64,000 bases of DNA from Nemertoderma westbladi (Eukaryota > Animalia > Xenacoelomorpha). The translations under genes were made by a program, and so were the position numbers. Shown piece after piece: positions 50,490-61,758 of the stretch. The notes under the pieces are model-generated. The model saw nothing but the letters and a program-made list of their open reading frames with translations, was not told the origin of the DNA and made no database searches. Every line of letters starts with the position of its first letter. Within the stretch, counting starts at the first letter, position 1. Location of the stretch: NCBI GenBank assembly GCA_032718475.1, contig JAUCBJ010005361.1, positions 19,287 through 83,286 of the forward strand, given 5' to 3'.

Positions 50490-53400
50490 TTATTTGTTAC
50501 TGAGAGGATTGGGGTCGTTGACCTTGGAAACGTCCACAGCTTCGGCTTGTTGTATAGCTGCTCCCTCTGTTGTGGTCAACCAACGAGTTGTACCCGTCAA
50601 CTTGTTGAAAATGTATATATTACCAGTTTCTGAAAATATATATATTTACGTATATGATATTGATATACAAAACCAAGGGAGTAACTTCCGTACTATTTTG
50701 CTTTAAACCACGTTGATTGGTTAATTAACTTCATTCATTAAACAGAAAACTTGGAAAACTTTGTCAAAATTATGATCAAAGAAAATTTGTGTGTATTTCT
50801 GGACGTGCTAGTCGGGTTGATAAATGAGATATCAGAATACTATTTTGGTATTTAAATTACTGATATTCCATTAAAATTTTCCGTGAAATTTAAATTTAAA
50901 TTATTTTTAATTTTCGTAAATTTAATTATCCATAAACTCTCCCACTTACTGGGGTCTATGGCTTTTCCAGATGCAAGTTTATTCATTGTCAGAACCTTCC
51001 TTATTGACTTCCTGAACTTCGCTTTACCGTCTCGTCTTTTCGGTTTTGGTTTCGGCTGAAAGAATGAAAAGAAATATTTAATTTAAAATGCGATATTTTG
51101 ATCAACTAGTGGAAAAAAGGCTATGTAAGATCACTTTTACTTTTCGAGAGATTCGAGATAGTTCTTACTGTCGGTCTGTCTGCAAAAACATTATAATGCA
51201 AACTATCTGGATAAACAGTCAATGTCTACTTTACACTTTACTTCTCTTTATCCCATTTTGGAGCCTCCAGTACCTCCACATAACTAAACTTTTCTGTGCG
51301 ATTTTTCTTCTAAATTCCCTTTTGACATTAATGAATGTGTATTTAATTCTCACAAAATTATACCCTGTAGGCCTTATAGAGAACCATTCTTTCGACTGGG
51401 TAGTTTTTGTCTAAAGCTGAGGCCAGCAAAAACACCTTGGGTGTATGTTTGTATGTTTTGTTTGTATGTATGTATGTATAACCACCAAATGGTTTCAAAC
51501 CACTTGCATGTATTAGAAAATTGTACACGTGACTATTTATCAATTAGTATCTAGTTATTGAATAAAAAAGTTGGGAACGATTCGATGTGCGATATTCGAA
51601 ATATTAGCATACTATCAACATTATGGAACGCGAAATTAAATACCTACAACTAGAGTTTCACAGCTGAACAACATTTACTATAAATTGTCCATTTGAGTTA
51701 CGTACATTAATTATGGCAGTGATTTTTTATGTACTTTTATTTGACTTTTTTTGTCCTCCTTTTTTACGAATTGTGCATAATGGCTTATTTTGTCCTTTTA
51801 ATGACTTTTGTTGTCCTTTAATGACTTTTTATGTATGTATTTCTTCAAACTGTCAGACTGCTGATTTCTGGACTGTCAGACAGTTGATTTCAACATGCCT
51901 ATGCCAAAACATTCAAAATTTGTTGATTTCTGGTCTGTCGGACAGTTGGTTTCACTATGCCTGTGCCAAAACATTCAAAATTCCATGATTTATAGACTAT
52001 GAGATAGATTTCCATATGCATGCGCCTGTGGTAAAAAATTTAATAGTTCGTGGTTGTTGTTGATAATCGATTACCACATGACGTAGCAAAACACTCATTT
52101 TATAGCCAAAAACAATTACCAATTGATGGAAAGGAGCAGGTTAAGGCCGGATTTTCTAACCAAAATAATAAACAGTCACTTTACCAAATCAGGGAAAGGA
52201 GCAGGTTACAGAGGCGGGATTTTCTAACCAAAACAATAAACAATCACTTTACCAAATGAAGGAAAGGAGCAGGTTACATAGATGGTCTTTTCTAACCAAA
52301 ACAATAAACGATAACATTACTAATTTAGAGAAAGGAGCAGGTTACACAGGCGGGATTTCCTAACCAAAACAACAAACGATCACTTAACTAATTGAGGGAA
52401 AGGAGCAGGTTACAGAGGCGGGATTTTCTAACCAAACAATAAACGATCACTTAACTAATTGAGGGAAAGGAGCAGGTTACAGAGGCGGGATTTTCTAACC
52501 AAAACAATAAACGAGCATTTAACTAATTGAGGGAAAGGGGCAGGTTACAGAGGCGGGATTTTCTAACCAAAACAATAAACAGTCACTTTACAAAATGAAG
52601 GAAAGGAGCAGGTTACAGAGGTGGGCCTTTCTAACCAAAACAATAAACGGTCACTTTACCAAATCAGGGAAAGGAGCAGGTTACAGAGGCGGGATTTTCT
52701 AACCGAAACAATAAACGATCATTTAACTAATTGAATGAAATGAGTGGGTTACAGAGGCTGGATTTTTACAATTTCCACATTTTCCACAATCCAGTTATTT
52801 AAAATTTATTAGCACAACCGGTCAGCTGGTAGGCCTACCATTACCGTATTTAAATGGTAGGCTACACAGTAGGCCTACAGCAGTACCGGTGCCGGTACCG
52901 GTACTAAAATACCTAACATACATGCTTTATACTTACATCTGTACAGTACATACAATACAGCAATACTGCAAAATAGTGCTCTATATACTAATACCGGTAC
53001 TGATACTGTAGCATGAGAGAACATCAGTAGAGAAACCGGTAGCATGGAACCTAACGGTAAATTTCTGGAGGACACAAAAAGTAAAAAAAAAGGACATCAT
53101 GAGTGATGTAAACGGACAATAAAAATTATATCGTTAATTATTGTTCTATCTGTATTCAGTCAGTTAGTGCAATGTCAATCAGTACATCATTTACATATCG
53201 TATCTCTAGGGCCTATTTTCGTCAACTTAGACTATCTAATGTAAAGGTTTAGTAGGTGTTTACAACAGCTGTCGATTAAACTAAAAACCAGAAAACCGAA
53301 CCAGGGTGCCAGCCGGGTACCAACAGCTGTTGGGTTGACTGACTGGAACATTTAACCAATTTTCTTAGGAGACTTGTACATTATATTGGTTGCTTCCGAT

Positions 53401-56400
53401 GTTTTTATTAGGATATCTGAGAATGTATTAGGTAGAAATAATTAGTGTTCTTTATTTTATTTATATAATACAGTAAGACCCTTAGCAAAATAAACTGCTC
53501 TTCGGGGCCGTTTCCCAGGTTGCAGATAAGGATAATAACATCTCACACATCGCCTAATTGTGATTGATTTGTTTTCTAGACGAATGTGTGTTACATTAGA
53601 TGGGAGGCCGATTTTTGGTTGATGCAAGTCATTCTTGGTTTGCGTCTTCCAATCCCATCTGTTTTTTGTAGTCTGTGTAAGACAGGTTAGTTTAAAGCCA
53701 TCTTGATGGCGTTCTAGTTTTATTAGGCTTTATAAGATTATACAGTAGTTAAGTAACAAACATCAGCAAATCCATCCTCCCTCATGAAGTATTCTTATAT
53801 ATCCCATCCGTTATTTATTTAAGTTATTTATTTGTTTCACTTGAAACAAATAGTATGTGGAAAGTCGGCGAGCCAAATTAAGGTTCTAATATTTTCATTC
53901 CGAATTTAGATTTAAAATTTACGGCACGTTCATTACAGAGTCTTTCATTCATTTCGTCATTCAATAGGCTTTGAAAGTTTAGGATCTTAACGGTAGTTGT
54001 TGCACATGTTCCTTATTGATTAGGAGGTAAAGGCCAACTGCCCTACCGGCCCCATACTTCTTACATACATACCTCCGGTGCTGGTGCCAGCTTTGGTCTC
54101 CTCATCCAACGTCTAATCAAGAGAATTGCTCCCACCAGCAATGCAGCCAATAGCAGAGCTCCAAGCAATGCCAGTAAGATTATAAGAAATATACCAATTG
54201 GAGACTCCCAAAACGATTCTGGAAATAATTCATTATTATCTATTCTATATACTCAACATTCCACAAACAGAAACCCAATACGATGTACATTCATTGCATA
54301 ATAAATTCAAGATTTGAGTTATTATCTTAATTAAATATAGGAATATTATTCGAGAAAAAAAATGCACGCAAATGTACTCATTTCAGTTTAGAGAAATTAA
54401 TTCCCAGTGGTTGAGATTTTACACGAGTTTAACAAGTTATTATAATGCCAACAAAAATGGAAAATTCAACACACGTGGGCACAATATCTGAATTTCGCAA
54501 ATGTAAAGGAATGGAAATGAGCGTTTTCCGTTGTAAATCGACGCCTATTAAACCTGATTGATCTCGAAAACGGCTACTAAAAAATAATGTGAATTGTATT
54601 ATTTATTTCCGTTTATTGTTTCGGTTAGAATATCGCGCCACTATAAAATTCTCCTTACCTTAATTGATTGACTAATTGACTGAGATGGGATTTGCATACA
54701 TAATATATATACGTATATAATACCATTACTATACTTATTTTGTTGCGAATTTTAATACTACTGTAAATGTATGCTATACGTTACGAGGCATATGAATTTA
54801 GAATCATTGGGAAATTATATAAATTGGTTAGCGATTTGTTTCGAGTTTCATGGGTGTTTCATAGTTTTTTTTTATTACTTTTCAAGTGATGATACGAAAC
54901 TAAAACGATCACATACACAACCTCCCTGAATTAATTAGTTCAGTGGTCAATAATGGTAGAAACAATAGTTTCAACAATTATTAACACGCAAGTTCATAAT
55001 TTTCTCCCGAAACATATTTATTTATGTAGGCAAACTTCAATGTATTTTTTTTACCTGTGATTGTTACCGCTTGCATAGTAACCGCTGTTTTCCCCTCATA
55101 ACTGTCCACTGTTCTTATCGTGATAGATTTAGTTACCTCATTAAACGGAACATTGCCGTTGTTGTCTTTTGCACTGTTAATCAAGAAATAGGATAGTGAG
55201 ACACCTGATATAATTAATACGGTCTCATAATTCGTACCCGGATAATTTGTACCCGAAATTTTTTTCACGGTTACGAATTGTCCAGGTACTGAATAGTCAA
55301 AGTACCCTATATTGATTTTTTATACAAGCTAGTTTTTGCTAATTTTATTTATTAATGTTGTAGAACACGTGTTAGTTATTAATTTTGATAAATATTTTTG
55401 TTCTAGAACACATTTTTTTTGTTCTAGAACACATTTCTTATTTATTATACTAGTGTGGCAGCCCCACATACATTATACAGTCTCAAAAGTTTGTTATTAC
55501 GGATGCCTAGCAACCCTAGAGATGAAGTCTAGGCCGACCTACAGAATTGTACGACTGTACTGCAGTATGCCTTCAGCAATCACTCGAACTTGAGTTTTCA
55601 TACGTTTTCATTTTGTGGCTAGACGCCATCACCACATTGGTGACCCAGTGTCCCAAGACGAACTCTTGAGACCGCGACTCGCAACACGATCCTGCAATCG
55701 AACTGGAACAGCCACCGAAACTGTGTTGACGACAATGGCCGAAGCGACCGCCAACGCCGTTCCTATTAACAATTAAACTGCCTCCGTTCTGGACCACCCA
55801 ACCCGAGGTGTGGTTCGCCCAGGCGGAGGCGCAGTTCCACATTCGCAGCATCACCGAGGACGCTACAAAATATTATTACGTGGTGGGGGCCCTCGACCAG
55901 GAGACAGCCACTCGCCTCCTAAAACTCATCCAGAACCCTCCCGCAACTGAGAAGTACCTAAAACTCAAGGGCCAACTTCTCAAGGCCTTCGGGCTCTCCC
56001 GACGCGAGCACGCACAGCCCGACACTGGGACCTCGACGGCCTCGGTGACCGGCGCCCCTCGCAACTCCTCAGAGAAATGCAGGCACTCCTCGTCGCTCAA
56101 CGCAGGACTCCTCTTTGAGGAGGCCTTCCTCCGGCAGATGCCCGCCGCAATCCAACTTGCGGAGGACTTCCGCAACCTCGACAGGGTTGCGGACCGGGCC
56201 GACATGCTGTGGGAGGCCTCCCGGCAGACCTCACTCGCGGCCCACGCCGTCAGGAAACCGACGCCAGTCCCGCCGTAGCGAACCGGCAAGAACTCCTCGT
56301 CGGCGTCGACTCCCGCCCCGCGGGCCCCGAACTCGAACCCGGACTGGTGCTATTATCACCAGACGTTCGGCCCCACAGCCAGGAAATGCCGCCCACCCTG

Positions 56401-59400
56401 CAGTTACCAGGGAAACGCCCTGGCCAGCCGTTTGTAGCAGCTACAACCGCCGGCCACACTGACCTGCTGCTGTTTGTCTGGGACCGCATTTCCGGGCAAC
56501 GCTTCTTGGTCGACACCGGGGCGGAGGTAAGCGTTATTCCCGCGACGACTCGCGAGGAACGTTCGGGACAGAGCGGGCCACCCCTCCTCGTCGCCAACAA
56601 AACGTACATTCGAACGTACGGCGACCGCTCCGTCAAACTCGACTTCCACTCCCGCCGGTTCCAGTGGAAGTTTATCGCGGCCGATGTCGCCCAGCCTCTC
56701 CTCGGAGCCGACTACCTCCGAGCGAACAACGTGTTGGTTGACCTGAGAGGCCGCCATCTGGTCGACGCCGAGACGTTGACCTCGATCCCGTGCGGGCGGA
56801 CTACGGGCCACGCCCCCCACCTCGGTTCTGTCACTGCCTCGGATGACGAGTTCTCGCTCGGCTCCTCGCCGAGTTCCCCGATATTACGATCCCTCGGTTC
56901 TCCGACCCCACCGCGAAACACGGGGTCGAACATTACATCCCCACCGAGGGACCCCCAGTCTACTCCCGCGCCCATCGTCTGCCTCCAGACAAACTCGAGA
57001 TCGCACGGGATGAGTTCCGGAAGATGGAGGAGATGGGGATCATCCGCCGGTCCAACAGTCCCTGGGCATCACCCCTCCACATGGCCCCTAAACCCTCGGG
57101 TGGATGGCGGCCGTGTGGCGACTACCGACGCCTCAACGACGCCACAACTCCGGACCAGTACCCCATCCCCCATATCCAGGACTTCTCCTCCAGACTGGCT
57201 GGGGCGAAGATCTTTTCTAAGATCGATCTGGTGCGCGGCTACCACCAGATTCCCGTAACCGAGGCCGACATCACCAAGACCGTGGTTATAACCCCATTCG
57301 GCCTGTTCGAATTCCTTCGAATGCCGTTCGGGCTGAAGAACGCGGCCCAGGCCTTCCAGAGACTGATGGACATGGACGATGTCCTCGTCGCGAGTCGGTC
57401 CCTCAAGGAACACCGTGACCACCTCCGTCAGCTCTTCACGCGCATCCAAGAACACGGCCTCGTGATCAACCTCGCCAAGTGCGAGTTTGGTCGGTCGACC
57501 ATCGACTTCCTCAGCCACCGAATCTCGGCCCACGGCACCGTCCCGCTCCCCGACAAGGTCGCCGCCATCCGGGAGTTCACCCAGCCGACCACCGTCAACG
57601 GCCTGCAGGAGTTCGTGGGGATGGTGAACTTCTATCATCAGTTCGTCCCTGCGGCCTCCACCATCATTTCGGCCCCTCTAGCGGCCCTTGCCGGTTAACC
57701 CAAGTCCCTCGACTTGACCCCTGACATGGCGGCGGCGTTCCGGAATGCCAAGGAAGCCCGCGCCAATGCCACGATGCTTACCCACCCCAACGCCAATGCA
57801 CTGACGGCGCTCACTGTGGACGCATCCGGCACAGCGGTGGGCGCCGTTCTAGAACAACTCGTGGCGCCCCCTGGCGTTCTTCAGCCGCCAACTTCGACCC
57901 CCAGAGGTGAAGTACAGCGTGTTCGACCGGGAACTCCTCGCGCTTTACCTCGCTGTTCGCCACTTCCGGTACTAACTGGAGGGCCGCGTATTCACCGCCT
58001 ACACAGACCACAAACCCCTGACATTCGCATTCGCCAAGATCAGCAACCCGTGGTCGAATCAGCAACAACGGCACATCGCCTACATTTCCGAGTTCACCAT
58101 GGCGATTGAACACGTCACCGGCAAAGACAACTGTGTGGCGGATGCGCTCTCCAGGACTACCATCAGCGCGGTTCGAACCCTCCTCCCCGGCCTCGACTAC
58201 ACGGCTATGGCGACTGCCCAACTCGCCGACCCCGAGCTGCCAACCTACCGCTCCGCCATTTCCGTCCTCCAACTGGAAGACGTCCCTCTCGCCCCCGCTA
58301 ACGCCACTCTACTTTGCGACGTTTCTCTCGGACGCCCGCACCCCGTCATCCCCGTCGCCTGGCGATGGTGCGTCTTCGACGCCCTACACGGCCTGTCTCA
58401 CCCCGGCGCTCGTACCACCAAGAAACTCGTCGCCGACAGGCTGTCGGTGTGGTACGGCCTCCACAAGGTGGGCGAGTGGGCGAAGACCTGCATCCCTTGC
58501 CAGTCTGCCAAGGTGCAACGCCACGTCCACGCACCCCTCGGCACCGTCGCCACATCCACGTGGATCTGGTCGGCCCTCTACCACCATCGCGCGGGTTCAC
58601 TCACCTGCTGATGATGGTAGACCGGTTCACTCGGTGGCCAGAGGCCGTGCCCCTCACCGAGACCTCCACCGAGAGTTGCGCCCGGGCTCTCATCTCCACC
58701 TGGATATATCGGTTCGGTGTCCCCGCAGATCTCTCCTCCGACCAAGGTTTGCAGTTTACCTCCCAGCTCTGGTCCGCCGTCAACCAGGTGCTGGGCACCC
58801 AACTGCACCGCACCACGGCCTACCACCCGCAGGCGAACGGACTGGTGGAACGTTTCCACTGCCACCTAAAGTCAGCCCTGCAGGCCTCGCTCACCGGCCC
58901 CGATTGGGTCGACGAGTTGCCGTGGGTTCTCCTCGGAATCCGGACCGCTCCCAAGGACGACTTGGGGACCTCCTCCGCCGAGCTGGTCTACGGTGCCCCC
59001 CTCACCGTCCCGGGCGAGTTCCTTCCGCCGGCTACGGGCGCCCAGCACTCGCCGTCCACAATCCTCCCTCAACTCCGGGATATGGTCGGGCGGTTCGCTC
59101 CGGTACCGACGTCACGCCACGGACTGACTCCGTCGTCGGTTCCACCGGACCTCCACGACGCTACCTACGTTTTCGTCCGGCGCGACGCCCACCGGACGCC
59201 ATTCGAACGCCCCTACGAGGGGCCTTACAAGGTCCTCACCCCTCGGACCCAAAACATTTAAGATCGAGATGGGCGGTCGAACTGAAACGATTTCAGTCGA
59301 CCAACTCAAACCGGCCCATCTCGATTTTACCGAGCCGGTTGTTCTCGGCCAACAGCGGCGCCGAGGTCGACCCCCAAACGCACCCCCGGTACCTCCTACA

Positions 59401-61758
59401 CCGCCGGTACTAACGCAAAGACCACCAACCCCAGCCCAACCGCCCGTACAAACTCGATCGCGCCGGACAGTCCGTCCACCTGATTATCTATAATACGTTT
59501 CGAGACTGGGGGGGTCATGTGGCAGCCCCACATACATTATACAGTCTCAAAACTTTGTTATTACGGTTGCCTAGCAACCCCAGAGATGAAGTCTAGGCCG
59601 ACCTACAGAATTGTACGACTGTACTGCAGTATGCCTTCAGCAATCACTCGAACTTGAGTTTTCATACGTTTTCATTTCGTGGCTTGACGCCATCACCACA
59701 CTAGCTAGTTTTTTCTTCTTTTTTTATTAATGTTGTAGAACACGTGTTAGTTATTAATTTTGATAAATATTTTTGTTCTAGAATACATTTTTTTTATACT
59801 AGCTAGATTAATCGACTTTTTTATAAATGTTATAGAACACGTGTTAGTTATCAATTTTGATAAATATTTTTGTTCTAGAGCACATTTGGAAAAAATACCA
59901 TCCTACTGTTAGAAGGTAAAGTATTTGTTCTAGAAAAACCTACATTATCTGTATCCGGATAATTCGTACCCGAACAATTCGTACCCATCCTAACAAAAAT
60001 GTCGTGTACGAATTGTCCGCGTACGAATTGTCCGCGTACGAATTGTCCGGGTTCGAATTGTCCGGGTTCGAATTGTCCGGGTACGAATTGTCCGCGTACG
60101 AATTGTCCGCGTACGAATTGTCCGGGTTCGAATTGTCCGGGTACGAATTATCCTAAATTCAATTAATATAAAGCAATTAAATCCCTGTAAGTAAAATAAC
60201 AGAAAACAATTATTTAGTGGGAAAAAAACCTATTGTTTTGGTGACCAATAAAATTGATGTGTTGAAAGAATTTAAAATGTTTTAAACGATTTAACAATAA
60301 ACATTACTTACATATGAATAATGTAATAAATACAGTAGTAGATAACGACAGGGAATATTGTACTGCTTGACTAAAAATATTGATTATTCCTCCATTAACA
60401 TCCTGCATTTCGCTAATTTAGTACCAGAACGTCGATTAAATCGACTGCTATTTGATTTAGTTTCAACAAATCCTCTACTATATTATTCGCCCGTTGAACA
60501 TATTATTGAAAAATTTCCCAAAACACTAATAGATATATACTATACCGTGTATACCAACTTACTGAAGAGTAACCGAGAATAATCGGACTTGTGCTGAGTA
60601 ATCGATAAGAGAGGTGGACGCGGCGCGCAGTTCCCCATTGACCAAAGTAAACATAGAGCTGTGTGTACCACAGAGGCTATACACCCTCTGTCCAAAGGGT
60701 ACGCTGATTCTGTCTGGGTCGGGGAAATCTGGTTTTTTTGTAACGTCATGAATAACTTTAGTGTCTGAAATTACATTGTATAGACAAGAAAGAAGATAAT
60801 ACTTCAAATTCGACTAGAGAAAGGGATCCAAGTACAGTCCAGATTAGTTATGAACCACTACTGTTATCACTTAGTAACCTACTATGCTCATATATTATCA
60901 CTTAGTTACCTACTTTGCTCATATATTATCACTTAGCAACCTACCATGCTCATATATCATCACTTAGCAACCTACCATGCTCATATACAATATAGGTATC
61001 AGTCCATCCATTCCAGGATGGAGATTCGTTTACATCGACAAGATTAATATTTATAGTAACTGTTGATTCTTCCACTGTAGACACCGCATCTTTTGTTGTG
61101 GCCTTTATTACTAAGGATATGGCTGTAATTGACTCATAATTCAGCGGCCCATTGTCCTTGACAACTATCTAAACATATACGTAGTATTTAATTACTTTCA
61201 TTATTAACCTTGGAGTACACCCACCACCTCTGAAACATTACAACATATCAGGTATAATTTTTAGGTCTATTCTTTATGCGAGCTATTATCGAAGGGTTCC
61301 AACATGGAGGTCGCCAGTTCGATCCCATCTGTAAGTTGATGCCGCTCTAGATAAGCTGCACGTGGCGAAAATTATAAGAGAATTACAATTAATTAAACTT
61401 AATTAAAAATAATTAAAATTTTTTACAAACTAGCCTGGAATTTATTGGCTGTTGGGGTGTTCACATTGAACTCCTTAAATGATTGAGTTGCGCGACTATC
61501 TCCAGTTATCTGCACAGTTTCGAGGGTGTGACCAGCTGTTATTGAAACATCTGTAGTATCTACTACCACTGAATTAACTGCAAGGTTCTCCTCTATATTC
61601 AATGGATCCGCAAGGGCTATGGTTAACCGATTGTTTGTATATACTGCCACAGCACCCTGTCCAAACATAACTAAAATAGTTATAATCCAAGGGATACACC
61701 CAAAAAGTTTGTGACATGTAGTCTCACCACCGGTCAACAATGGTACGATTTTTTTCAT
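50490..61758 (-). CDS. Multi-exon cadherin-related protein (signal peptide, ~2 cadherin repeats, TM, CDHR3/CDHR4-like cytoplasmic motif)
   Basis: Phase-compatible exons: 61435-61758, 60976-61168 (LNYE...VDVNESP), 60563-60764 (DPD..IDY), 60312-60412, 55055-55204 (KDNNGNVPF), 54073-54218 (TM), tentative exons near 53672 and 51130-51410, then 50950-51055 and 50490-50629 (GKAIDP|[18 protein letters not shown], stop TAA). Confidence 0.82.
51860..51985. repeat. Short tandem duplication (~62 bp x2), intronic
   Basis: TGATTTCTGG.CTGTC.GACAGTTG.TTTCA..ATGCCT.TGCCAAAACATTCAAAATT twice. Confidence 0.75.
52125..52765. repeat. ~61-bp minisatellite, ~10 copies, intronic
   Basis: Unit GGAAAGGAGCAGGTTACAGAGGCGGGATTTTCTAACCAAAACAATAAACGATCACTTAACTAATTGAG-like. 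Confidence 0.93.
55454..59700 (+). mobile_element. CsRn1-clade Gypsy/Ty3 LTR retrotransposon, full length, frameshifted
   Basis: 183-bp LTRs at 55454-55636 and 59518-59700 (5 differences seen), TSD CTAG, PBS TGGTGACCC (tRNA-Trp type), PPT GGGGGGG. Gag [13 protein letters not shown] and [16 protein letters not shown]; FLVDTGA; RT, RNase H and integrase ([25 protein letters not shown]). Confidence 0.97.
56410..56416 (+). promoter_or_regulatory. Candidate -1 ribosomal frameshift slippery site GGGAAAC at the gag/pol junction
   Basis: X XXY YYZ heptamer just after the Gag CHCC motif and before the protease frame. Confidence 0.7.
60006..60150. repeat. 15-bp tandem repeat GT(A/T)CGAATTGTCCG(C/G), ~10 copies
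   Basis: Right subterminal region of the 55220-60160 element. Confidence 0.93.
60866..60988. repeat. 31-bp tandem repeat x4 spanning a splice donor
   Basis: Unit ATCACTTAG(T/C)AACCTAC.ATGCTCATATAT.; the last copy contains the exon end at 60976. Confidence 0.88.

Larger units (their letters stand above)
55220..60160. mobile_element. Non-autonomous DNA transposon with 8-bp TSD and subterminal 15-bp repeats (superfamily unassigned), carrying a nested Gypsy
   Basis: TSD AATTAATA at 55212-55219 and 60161-60168. Subterminal inverted ATAATTCGTACCCGGA / TCCGGGTACGAATTAT with non-matching extreme ends. Confidence 0.8.

Noticed and set aside
58106-59413. 435-aa and other overlapping ORFs in the Gypsy element
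   Set aside because: Alternative frames of GC-rich, frameshifted pol; the conserved motifs lie in other frames.
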